A stretch of 32,000 nucleotides of DNA from Nitrospirota bacterium (GTDB lineage: Bacteria; Nitrospirota; UBA9217): positions 1 through 32,000 of the forward strand of contig JAGVOT010000122.1 of assembly GCA_020052615.1 (NCBI GenBank), written 5' to 3'. A program made the position numbers and the translations under genes. The stretch's first letter is position 1; each line of letters opens with the position of its first letter. Positions 19,667 to 27,703 of this stretch are shown one piece after another. Under the pieces are notes generated by a model. It worked only from the letters and a program-made list of their open reading frames with translations. It was not told where the DNA came from and ran no database searches.

Positions 19667-19723
19667 ATTAAATGATAACTACCTGTTGTTATTTCACCTT
19701 GAACATCAAGGAGTTAAACGAAT

Positions 19724-21079
19724 ATGAGGAAACAAAATGCGTTGGGAACGATCTCTCTGGTAGGATTGATCGGATTCCTGCTCATCATTTTTGCTTTTCC
19801 CGGCCATGGCACGTCCCAGACGCCGGCTCCTGCTTCGGAGAGCTGCGTCAGCGCAAATTGTCACGTCACCATGGGCAAGGAGAAGGTCGTCCATAATCCC
19901 GTAAAGGAAGGCATGTGCACGACCTGCCATCTTGCCGCGGATGATCCTCTCAAGAAGACCAGGCATCCAGGCAATCTTGTCATCTCCCTCGTGCAGCCGG
20001 TGGCGGACCTTTGCACAATGTGTCATGAGCCAAAGAACAAGAAAAAGGTCGTCCATGCGCCGATCCAGGGGGGGGATTGTACGTCCTGTCATAACCCTCA
20101 TCAGTCGCCGAACAAAGGCATGCTGAAGGACGTCATGCCGAATATCTGTTTTCAGTGTCATCCGGACAGCATGGTGAAGCATGCCGTCATGCACCCGCCG
20201 GTGGCGGGAGGGGATTGCTCGGGTTGTCATGACAATCATCAGAGCGATTTTCCCAAACGGCTGGTCAATGAGGGGAACGCCCTCTGTTTCCAGTGTCATC
20301 CCGATAAGGAAGAGGGCCTCAAGACCAGGAAGGTAGCCCACTATCCCGTCAAGCAGTCCTGCACCCAGTGCCACAATCCCCATGGATCGTCCGCGAAGGC
20401 CATGCTCACCGCACCGGTACCGGAGCTTTGTTCAACCTGTCATCCGAACGAAGTGATGCTGCGTCAACGGGCCGCCACCAAGCACGGGCCCATGGCCGAT
20501 CAAAAGAGCTGCCGCATCTGTCATGATCCGCATTTCTCCGATCAGCCGCGGCTTCTCGTCACCTCGCAGATGGCGCTGTGTCTTGCCTGTCATGACAAGG
20601 AGCTCGAGACCGGCAAGGGCAAGGTCATGAACATGAAGGCGTTTCTCGAGGCGAACAAGAACACCCATGGCCCTCTGAAGGGCGACGATTGTGTTTCATG
20701 CCATAATCCGCACGGCTCGGACTACTGGAGGATCCTGGTGAAGTATTATCCCCCGGATTTCTATGCGTCCTACTCCGAGGGGAAGTATGCACTGTGTTTC
20801 TCCTGCCACGATAAGGCGGCATTCACGGAGCGGCGCACGAAAACGGCCACGGGCTTCCGTGATGGTGAACAGAACCTCCATTTCGTTCACGTGAACAAGG
20901 TCAACAAGGGGAGGACGTGCAAAGCCTGTCACGAGGTGCACGCGGACAGCGGACAGAATGCACATGTGAAACAATTCGTTGGATTCAGCGGGTGGGCGAT
21001 GCCCATGAACTTCACGCAGGGCAAGGACGGCGGGACCTGTGCGCCGGGGTGTCATGGGGAAAAACGGTACAACAGGTAA
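19724..21079 (+). CDS. multiheme c-type cytochrome with 13 CXXCH motifs plus one CX4CH and one CX3CH (doubled-CXXCH type)
   Basis: Motifs were counted in the translation. The first site is CVSANCH and the last is CAPGCH. The N-terminal hydrophobic signal is ISLVGLIGFLLIIFAFPGHG. An AAGGAG ribosome-binding site lies 10 nt before the ATG. Confidence 0.9.
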   Translation: MRKQNALGTISLVGLIGFLLIIFAFPGHGTSQTPAPASESCVSANCHVTMGKEKVVHNPVKEGMCTTCHLAADDPLKKTRHPGNLVISLVQPVADLCTMCHEPKNKKKVVHAPIQGGDCTSCHNPHQSPNKGMLKDVMPNICFQCHPDSMVKHAVMHPPVAGGDCSGCHDNHQSDFPKRLVNEGNALCFQCHPDKEEGLKTRKVAHYPVKQSCTQCHNPHGSSAKAMLTAPVPELCSTCHPNEVMLRQRAATKHGPMADQKSCRICHDPHFSDQPRLLVTSQMALCLACHDKELETGKGKVMNMKAFLEANKNTHGPLKGDDCVSCHNPHGSDYWRILVKYYPPDFYASYSEGKYALCFSCHDKAAFTERRTKTATGFRDGEQNLHFVHVNKVNKGRTCKACHEVHADSGQNAHVKQFVGFSGWAMPMNFTQGKDGGTCAPGCHGEKRYNR

Positions 21080-21183
21080 ACGGCGTTTGGCGGTCCTGTC
21101 CAGGCAGGAAAGAATACGTGGGTCCTAATAACAGCGCAGCAGACCGATGTCGGGGGAATAATTTGAACAGACCATGGTCAATC

Positions 21184-23124
21184 ATGATGGCGGCGGCAAT
21201 TGCGCTTACCGTTATCCTCATTGCGTATTCATTCTCGGCGGCCCAACCGGCGACATCACCCTCGATCTCGATCCTGTATCCGAAGCATAATGCCCTGGTC
21301 GGGAAAAAGGTCAATCTCGTCGTTGACCCGGCGACCGACTGGACAGCGGCTCCTTTTCTTCAGGTCGTGGTGGGCAACACCGAATACCCGGTGATCGACA
21401 CATCCGCCGGCCGTCATGCAGTTCAGGGTCTTTCTCTGGAGACGGGATCCAATACGATAACGGTCAGGGTGCTCGCCGTTGTTCCCGGTCCGGATCAGGC
21501 AAAGGGAAACAACCGGGAACAAGAGCAAGCAAAGGATTCTGCGAAAAAGAAGTATACCCAGGTCCTGTCGCGCTCGATTACGGTCTTTAACCGGGAGGGC
21601 AGCTTTGCGACCACTCCGCCGCAATTCACGGCACAACACTTCCATTCACGGGAGCAGGAAGGCGAGTGCTCGGGGTGTCACCGTCTTGAGGCCGAACCGA
21701 AGGATCTCAAGCCGGCGAAGCCTGAAGAGATGCTCTGTTATGCCTGCCACCGCGAGATCCCGACCGGCAGGCACATCCATGGGCCGACGGCGGTCTGGAA
21801 CTGCCTGTCATGCCATAACACCGAGATCTATCCGGTGAAGTACCAGTTCATATCCTACAATCCATGGACGGTCACCAAAACGACGCAGTCCGTGGAGCCT
21901 GCCGTGTTCACCTTGTCCTCTGACGTTCTTTTCAAACCCAAATCGGCCCTGTTCGTGAGCGAAACGTCAACACTTCAGCTCAGCAAGAAAGATCGGAAGA
22001 ACAAAAAGAAGCTTGAGGAGTTTAACAGGGCAAAGGCGGCGGAACTGGCATTAAAGCGCGAACAACAGCGGGAACTTTTTAAGGATTTTCTTGAATTCAT
22101 CAAATTGAATCCAGCGGACAAGATACTGGTCGAGGCCCATGTAGATTCCGGCCATTTTCCGCCCGCAAAAGGGAAGGCGAAGGGATTCAAGAACGATGTG
22201 CAACTGACCGCGGCGCGGGCAAAGGCCCTTGTAAAACTGCTGAAGCATTATGGTGTCGCCGGGAAGAACCGCGTTGCGGCCGCCGGCATGGGCAGCACCC
22301 TGCCGAAGGCGCCCAATACGAGCAAAGAGGGAAGGGAATTGAACAATCGTATTGAGATCGTCGTCTATCCGCCGGACGTCAAGATCAAGAACAGCATGAA
22401 ACTTCCCGTCCTCAAAGACCGGGAGCGGGTGGTCGTAACCATGAGTTATCAGCGGGGTGCCGAGGTCGGAAAACTGGCGGTCACGGAACACCTCCCGAAG
22501 GGATTTCTCTATATGCAGGGGAGCGGGGTATTTCGCGGCGCCATTAAGAACCCGCAGGTCAAAGGAAGCGATCTGACCTGGCAGCTCGGGAATTTCGGCA
22601 CGAATTTCCAGGAGACCCTGTCATTCATCGTTAAAAAAGGGAAAGAGGTCACCGCTCCGTTAAGCCCGGTCGTGAATCTCTCGTTCAAGATCGGTCAAAA
22701 GGACGAGCGATTGACGTTCGATCCGGAAAAGCCGTTCAAACCCGGCCTTACCGTCAAAGAGACCTGCGAAAAGTGCCACATGAGCCTGCTTGCATATCCC
22801 GTCAAGCATGGTCCCGCTGAAGCGGGTCACTGCACGCTTTGCCATGATCCCCATGCCAGCAAGTACCCTTCATGGACCCGTAACCAGTCCTGGCGCCTGT
22901 GCACGACCTGCCACGCTGAGAAAAAGACCGGTGTGCACCTGATCGCGGGCTTTGTTCATGGGGTCTCCCATCCCACGAAAAAATGGCCCGATCCATCACG
23001 GCCGGGAAAGCGCCTCACCTGCGTGAGCTGTCATTCACCGCACAGCTCTCAAACGAAGGAACTCATGGCTTTCGACGTCCGGAACAAATATGAGTCGTGC
23101 AGATATTGCCACGCCCAAAAGTGA
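21184..23124 (+). CDS. octaheme c-type cytochrome with an embedded OmpA-like domain and a DUF11-like beta domain
   Basis: The N-terminal hemes are CSGCH, CYACH and CLSCH. The C-terminal hemes are CEKCH, CTLCH, CTTCH, CVSCH and CRYCH. Between them lies ILVEAHVDSG...NDVQLTAARAKALVKLL...NNRIEIVVY, which follows the OmpA_C pattern. The start is uncertain: ATG at 21184, TTG at 21163 or GTG at 21118. The ORF-track start at 20917 overlaps the previous gene and is rejected. Confidence 0.85.
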   Translation: MMAAAIALTVILIAYSFSAAQPATSPSISILYPKHNALVGKKVNLVVDPATDWTAAPFLQVVVGNTEYPVIDTSAGRHAVQGLSLETGSNTITVRVLAVVPGPDQAKGNNREQEQAKDSAKKKYTQVLSRSITVFNREGSFATTPPQFTAQHFHSREQEGECSGCHRLEAEPKDLKPAKPEEMLCYACHREIPTGRHIHGPTAVWNCLSCHNTEIYPVKYQFISYNPWTVTKTTQSVEPAVFTLSSDVLFKPKSALFVSETSTLQLSKKDRKNKKKLEEFNRAKAAELALKREQQRELFKDFLEFIKLNPADKILVEAHVDSGHFPPAKGKAKGFKNDVQLTAARAKALVKLLKHYGVAGKNRVAAAGMGSTLPKAPNTSKEGRELNNRIEIVVYPPDVKIKNSMKLPVLKDRERVVVTMSYQRGAEVGKLAVTEHLPKGFLYMQGSGVFRGAIKNPQVKGSDLTWQLGNFGTNFQETLSFIVKKGKEVTAPLSPVVNLSFKIGQKDERLTFDPEKPFKPGLTVKETCEKCHMSLLAYPVKHGPAEAGHCTLCHDPHASKYPSWTRNQSWRLCTTCHAEKKTGVHLIAGFVHGVSHPTKKWPDPSRPGKRLTCVSCHSPHSSQTKELMAFDVRNKYESCRYCHAQK

Positions 23125-23146
23125 TATGCCAACGATGAGGTTTTTG

Positions 23147-23155
23147 TGGTATACT
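23147..23155 (+). promoter_or_regulatory. possible extended -10 promoter (TGgTATACT) ahead of the NHL genes
   Basis: TGGTATACT was read at 23147-23155, about 40 nt upstream of the ATG at 23193. There is no convincing -35 element. Confidence 0.25.
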
Positions 23156-23192
23156 AATTCCTTGTTGTAGCAAACAACCCTGTTGACTTGAT

Positions 23193-24200
23193 ATGCTCAG
23201 CTGCCGATTACTCATAACGACCCTGCTCATTGCGGTGAGCAGCGCTGGTTGTGCCTTTATTGCCGGCCAGGACGACCCCGGCGCGCCCGGCGAGGGCGTT
23301 AAACACATCCGGCTCAATTATGTCGAGACGCTGAGGAACCAGGCCAGCCTTCGCGGAGAAGGCTTCCTTGACGTTGTTCACACGGCGGGCACTCCGACGA
23401 CCCTCCAGCGGCCCAACAGCGTGTTCGCCGACGCGTTCCGCGTCTATGTGACCGATCAGGCGCAGCCGCCCCGGGTCTTCATCTTCGACCGTGGCGACCG
23501 CACGGCGAGCATCCTTGCCGTCCCCGTCCCGCCCGCCGCAGGATCGCTCGTGAATCCGCTGGGCATTGCGGTGGACATCGACGGCGTCATCTACGTCGCC
23601 GATGCTCAACAGGGAAAGGTATTCGGCTACGACAGGAACGGGGCGCTGCTCCTGACGTTCGGGAAAACCGGCGACCTTGCTTATCCGACGGGAATTGCCA
23701 TCGATAAAAGAAGGAATCGCATCCATATTGCGGATTCCCATGCGCATTTGGTCAAGACCTTTACGATACTGGGAGAACGGCTTTTTGAGATCGGCGTGGC
23801 GGGTCCCGCCGACCAGCGGCCAAAGTCTCCGGCCGGGATCGCCCTCGACGGGGAGGGGAGGATCCACGTTCTCGACAGCCGGTCCCGACGCGTGTTGATC
23901 TATGATCCCGAAGGCAGGTTCATGAGGTCGTTCCCCCTGTCTCGCGGCGGCGCCGGCGACTCGGTGAAGCCCGGGGGGATCGCTGTGGACTCGGCGGGAC
24001 ATATCTATGTGACGGACAGCGTCAATAACAATATCCTCATCTTCGAGTCCGACGGCAGTTTTTTAAGAACTTGGGGCAAAACCGGGAACTTGAAGGGTGA
24101 TTTCTGGTCGCCCCAGGGTCTGTTCATTGACGAACGCGACATGCTCTATGTTGCAGATCAAACCAACAGCCGTGTCCAAGTCTATCAATTCATAAAATGA
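23193..24200 (+). CDS. NHL-repeat beta-propeller lipoprotein
   Basis: The signal and lipobox-like sequence is LLIAVSSAGC. NHL units recur, for example PTGIAIDKRRNRIHIADS, PAGIALDGEGRIHVLDS, PGGIAVDSAGHIYVTDS and PQGLFIDERDMLYVADQ. Confidence 0.85.
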   Translation: MLSCRLLITTLLIAVSSAGCAFIAGQDDPGAPGEGVKHIRLNYVETLRNQASLRGEGFLDVVHTAGTPTTLQRPNSVFADAFRVYVTDQAQPPRVFIFDRGDRTASILAVPVPPAAGSLVNPLGIAVDIDGVIYVADAQQGKVFGYDRNGALLLTFGKTGDLAYPTGIAIDKRRNRIHIADSHAHLVKTFTILGERLFEIGVAGPADQRPKSPAGIALDGEGRIHVLDSRSRRVLIYDPEGRFMRSFPLSRGGAGDSVKPGGIAVDSAGHIYVTDSVNNNILIFESDGSFLRTWGKTGNLKGDFWSPQGLFIDERDMLYVADQTNSRVQVYQFIK

Positions 24201-25231
24201 TTGTGAACACGACCCGTCTCAGCGCGTATGCATCGGTAGTTGTTGCGCTTGCATTGATGTTCCTTGCTTCCTGCGGACCTCCCCCCCGGCCACCGGAGCC
24301 GACCGACCTGTTCTGGCCGCTGCCTCCGGATCTTCCGAAAATACAATATGTCAAGTCGATCTACAATGAGGACGATATCGGCCGTGTCTATACGCTGAAG
24401 GAAAAGCTCTTCGGCAAGGATTACTTGGACAGTCTGACCAGGCCGTACGGTGTTCATACGCGGCGCGGCATTATGCTTGTTTCAGACATTTCCCGGCGAA
24501 GGGTGCTTCTCTTCGATCTGGTGAACAAGCGGCTTCGTGTCCTGGGAGACGACGGTGCTATAACGACGCCCGCGTCCGCCGCGACGGACCTCTCCGGAAC
24601 CATCTATGTCGCCGATACCGGCGGGTCCAAGATCGCTGTCTATGGTCCCGATGGGGCCTATCGGACGGCATACATCTTCAAGGGGAGCAGGCTGGTGTCC
24701 GTGGCGCTCAACGAAGCACTGGGACGGGTGTACGCCGTGGACCGTGAGGGCCATCGTGTCGTTGCTTTTGGACTTGATGGACGTCATCATTTTGAGTTCG
24801 GAGGGCGGGGAAGCGCTGACGGGAAGTTCAATTACCCTCTCGATATTACGGTTGCCGCCAACGGCGATGTGTATGTGCTTGACGCGGGCAACTTCCGGGT
24901 GCAGATCTTCTCGGCGGAAGGCAGGTTCCTGTCCAAGTTCGGGTCGGTAGGCGACCGTCCGGGCATGTTCGCCAATCCCAAGGGGATAGCTGTCGATTCC
25001 GAGGGCCATATATACGTGACCGATGCCGCTTTCAGCAACCTTCAGATATTTGATCGTGAGGGGAATGTCCTTCTCTTTATAGGACAACTTGGTCCCCGGC
25101 GGGGTGATTTTCATCTCCCCGGCGGGGTCTCCATTGACGAGAACGATCGGATCTACGTTGCCGATCAAATGAACGGACGAGTCCAGGTGTTCCAGTACCT
25201 GAAAACGCAAGGGTCGACCAGCACGCCATGA
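24197..25231 (+). CDS. NHL-repeat beta-propeller lipoprotein (paralogue)
   Basis: The lipobox is LMFLASC. NHL units include PLDITVAANGDVYVLDAGNFRVQIF, PKGIAVDSEGHIYVTDAAFSNLQIF and PGGVSIDENDRIYVADQMNGRVQVF. The start overlaps the upstream stop (ATGA). Confidence 0.87.
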   Translation: MIVNTTRLSAYASVVVALALMFLASCGPPPRPPEPTDLFWPLPPDLPKIQYVKSIYNEDDIGRVYTLKEKLFGKDYLDSLTRPYGVHTRRGIMLVSDISRRRVLLFDLVNKRLRVLGDDGAITTPASAATDLSGTIYVADTGGSKIAVYGPDGAYRTAYIFKGSRLVSVALNEALGRVYAVDREGHRVVAFGLDGRHHFEFGGRGSADGKFNYPLDITVAANGDVYVLDAGNFRVQIFSAEGRFLSKFGSVGDRPGMFANPKGIAVDSEGHIYVTDAAFSNLQIFDREGNVLLFIGQLGPRRGDFHLPGGVSIDENDRIYVADQMNGRVQVFQYLKTQGSTSTP

Positions 25232-27042
25232 CTCAGAAGAAACCATCCTTCCGGGGGATCATCCAATCGCTCGGTCTTGTCTTCGGCGATATCGGCACGA
25301 GCCCCATTTACACCCTCACGGTCATCTTTATGCTCGCAGAACGGAATGAGAAGAATGTGATCGGTGTTCTTTCACTCATTTTCTGGACACTCATCCTGCT
25401 TGTCACAGTCCAGTACACGTGGCTTGCCATGAGCCTTGGTCGTCGGGGTGAGGGCGGCACGATCGTTCTACGAGAGATTCTCGTCCCTCTTCTGAAATCC
25501 AGTCGCACTGCGGCCTTCGTCACGCTCCTGTCGTTCATAGGGATTTCGCTGATTGTCGGCGATGGCGTGATCACGCCGGCTATCAGTATTCTCTCGGCCG
25601 TGGAAGGTCTGCTCCTGATTCCGGGACTGGAACAGACTCCCCAGACCGCACTCATCTTGATTGCCGGCATCATTGCGATCGTGCTTTTCTCCTTCCAGAA
25701 AAAGGGGACGGATAAGGTTGCCGGCGCTTTTGGACCAATCGTGTTGATATGGTTCCTGGTGTTGTCAGTCTCGGGTGTGGCCGCGATTGTTCGGGTGCCG
25801 GGCGTGGCGAAAGCGATGAACCCCTGGTTCGCCATCCGATTTTTTCTCGACAATGGCGTAGCGGGTTTCTTTGTCCTGTCCGAGGTCATCCTCTGCGCTA
25901 CAGGAGGTGAGGCGCTCTATGCCGACATGGGGCATCTGGGCAGAACGCCTATCGTACGCGCGTGGTCCGGTGTCTTCATCGCGCTAGTGCTGAACTACTT
26001 TGGCCAGGGCGCATTCATCCTGGCAAATCCCGATTCAAAGAACGTGCTGTTCGAAATGGTCTATTCCCAGGCCAGCTTTTTGTACATCCCGTTCCTGCTG
26101 CTGAGCATCATGGCTACGGTCATCGCGTCCCAAGCCATGATCAGCGGCATGTTCTCCATCGTGTACCAGGGCATCGCCACCCGCGTCATGCCCATGTTCA
26201 AGATCGACTATACATCTCGCGAGCGCCAGTCACAGATCTACATCGGGGTTGTCAACTGGTTCCTGCTGCTGGCCGTCCTGTTCATCATGTTCGAGTTCCA
26301 AAAATCGAGCAACCTGGCAGCGGCTTACGGACTTGCCGTGACCGGCACTATGACGATCACCGGAGTTATGATGATCGGGATTTATTCCCTGCGACGGAAA
26401 TTCTTCCGTGCGGGCGTTGCGTTCTTCGTGACGATTGTGTCGGTCGCCTACTTCATCTCCAACACCTACAAGATTCCGCACGGAGGCTACTGGTCGCTCA
26501 TCATTGCAGCGATACCGTTCAGCATGATCATGCTGTACACGCGGGGGCAGAAGAAGCTCTACAATGCCCTCCAGCCGCTGCCGCTGGACGTGTTCCTGCC
26601 GAGCTACAACCAGATCTACAAGGCGGTGAACAAGATCAGCGGTACGGCCCTCTTCTTCGCCAAGGACGCGAAAGAGGTCCCTCCCTATGTCGTTCATACC
26701 ATGTTCAAGAACAACATTCTCTATGAGGACAATATCATCGTATCCATTGTCCGGCGGGACGACCCGTTCGGCGTGACCGGTTATTTCAAGGAGGAGATTG
26801 CCCCCGGGCTCCGGTCGTTCGAGATCCAGGTGGGCTACATGGAGATCCCTGATGTGGAAGAGATCCTGCGGGAGGCCGACATCCGGGAGAAGACCATCTT
26901 CTACGGCGTCGAGGACATCACGGCAACGAATATCTGCTGGCAGGCTTTCTCGGTCATCAAAAAACTGACGCCGAACATCGTCCAGTTCTTCAAGCTCCCG
27001 GCCAACAAACTGCATGGCGTGGTGACGAGGGTGGAGATGTGA
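25228..27042 (+). CDS. kup: KUP/HAK/KT-family potassium uptake protein
   Basis: 604 aa and polytopic. The N-terminal signature is LGLVFGDIGTSPIYTL, and GGEALYADMGH is also present. The start overlaps the NHL gene stop (ATGA). Confidence 0.92.
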   Translation: MTQKKPSFRGIIQSLGLVFGDIGTSPIYTLTVIFMLAERNEKNVIGVLSLIFWTLILLVTVQYTWLAMSLGRRGEGGTIVLREILVPLLKSSRTAAFVTLLSFIGISLIVGDGVITPAISILSAVEGLLLIPGLEQTPQTALILIAGIIAIVLFSFQKKGTDKVAGAFGPIVLIWFLVLSVSGVAAIVRVPGVAKAMNPWFAIRFFLDNGVAGFFVLSEVILCATGGEALYADMGHLGRTPIVRAWSGVFIALVLNYFGQGAFILANPDSKNVLFEMVYSQASFLYIPFLLLSIMATVIASQAMISGMFSIVYQGIATRVMPMFKIDYTSRERQSQIYIGVVNWFLLLAVLFIMFEFQKSSNLAAAYGLAVTGTMTITGVMMIGIYSLRRKFFRAGVAFFVTIVSVAYFISNTYKIPHGGYWSLIIAAIPFSMIMLYTRGQKKLYNALQPLPLDVFLPSYNQIYKAVNKISGTALFFAKDAKEVPPYVVHTMFKNNILYEDNIIVSIVRRDDPFGVTGYFKEEIAPGLRSFEIQVGYMEIPDVEEILREADIREKTIFYGVEDITATNICWQAFSVIKKLTPNIVQFFKLPANKLHGVVTRVEM

Positions 27043-27373
27043 TTATAGTAGAACAATTTGCGAACTAAAAAAAGGCTTCAATGAAGCGATAAAGGTAGTT
27101 TAAAAGAACGAATTATATGTTATGCAAGCCTTCTCTTGATCGCAATTCTGCTTTTGATCGTATCCTTATCCGCAGCTAAATAGAAGCGCCTACTTCTGGT
27201 ATACACGTCCCTCCCCAAAGTAAAAGCCCTAATTGAAAATACGGTAATTCCTGGTGTCGTGTTTACGCCATGTAGCCCTTTAGTTTTTTCCTCGCATTGC
27301 AATAATCTGTTCACTATGATACATTTTATAAAAGGAAACGCAGTGTCACGACGACAATAATGAAGAAACGGAC

Positions 27374-27703
27374 ATGAACACGTTCGATGTCACGAGCAAG
27401 GTATCCCTGTCGGGAGAGTACATCCCCGGCGCCGGGCAGACGGGCAGTCATGCCTGTTATCTCATCTACGGGGTACTGAAGGCAGGCGAGCGGGGGAGAG
27501 TGATCAAGCCCGGGAGAGGGCACGAGGAGATCATCCTTGTTCTCCGCGGCGATATTTCCTCGCGTGGGCACTTTACGGGCGCGCTCAGGCAGGGACAAGC
27601 GCTCCATCTCCGGGGCGAGGAATCCTGCCTGCTTGATAATCCGGGCGATGGTGAAGCCGTCCATGTCATTGCAGGAGGCCACGCTGAAGGAGAACATCAT
27701 TGA
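27374..27703 (+). CDS. small cupin-like protein
   Basis: 109 aa. The pattern G.GHEEIILVLRGD...G..L..G.A is compatible with a cupin_2 barrel. The stop overlaps the start of the diguanylate cyclase gene. Confidence 0.5.
   Translation: MNTFDVTSKVSLSGEYIPGAGQTGSHACYLIYGVLKAGERGRVIKPGRGHEEIILVLRGDISSRGHFTGALRQGQALHLRGEESCLLDNPGDGEAVHVIAGGHAEGEHH

Noticed and set aside
20917-21183. The N-terminal extension of the octaheme ORF given in the ORF track (start at 20917).
   Set aside because: It overlaps the last 160 nt of the preceding cytochrome gene in another frame. The signal-peptide-like segment (IMMAAAIALTVILIAYSFSAA) begins only near 21184, so a start at 21118-21184 is far more plausible.
27066-27314. 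A 64-aa basic minus-strand ORF (27120-27314), with a weak hairpin and T-run (GCTTC-ATT-GAAGC C TTTTTTT on the minus strand, about 27066-27087) in the AT-rich spacer after kup.
   Set aside because: The stem has only 5 bp, and the ORF has no ribosome-binding site and no recognisable motif. It could be a small gene or sRNA, but the sequence alone does not support calling it.
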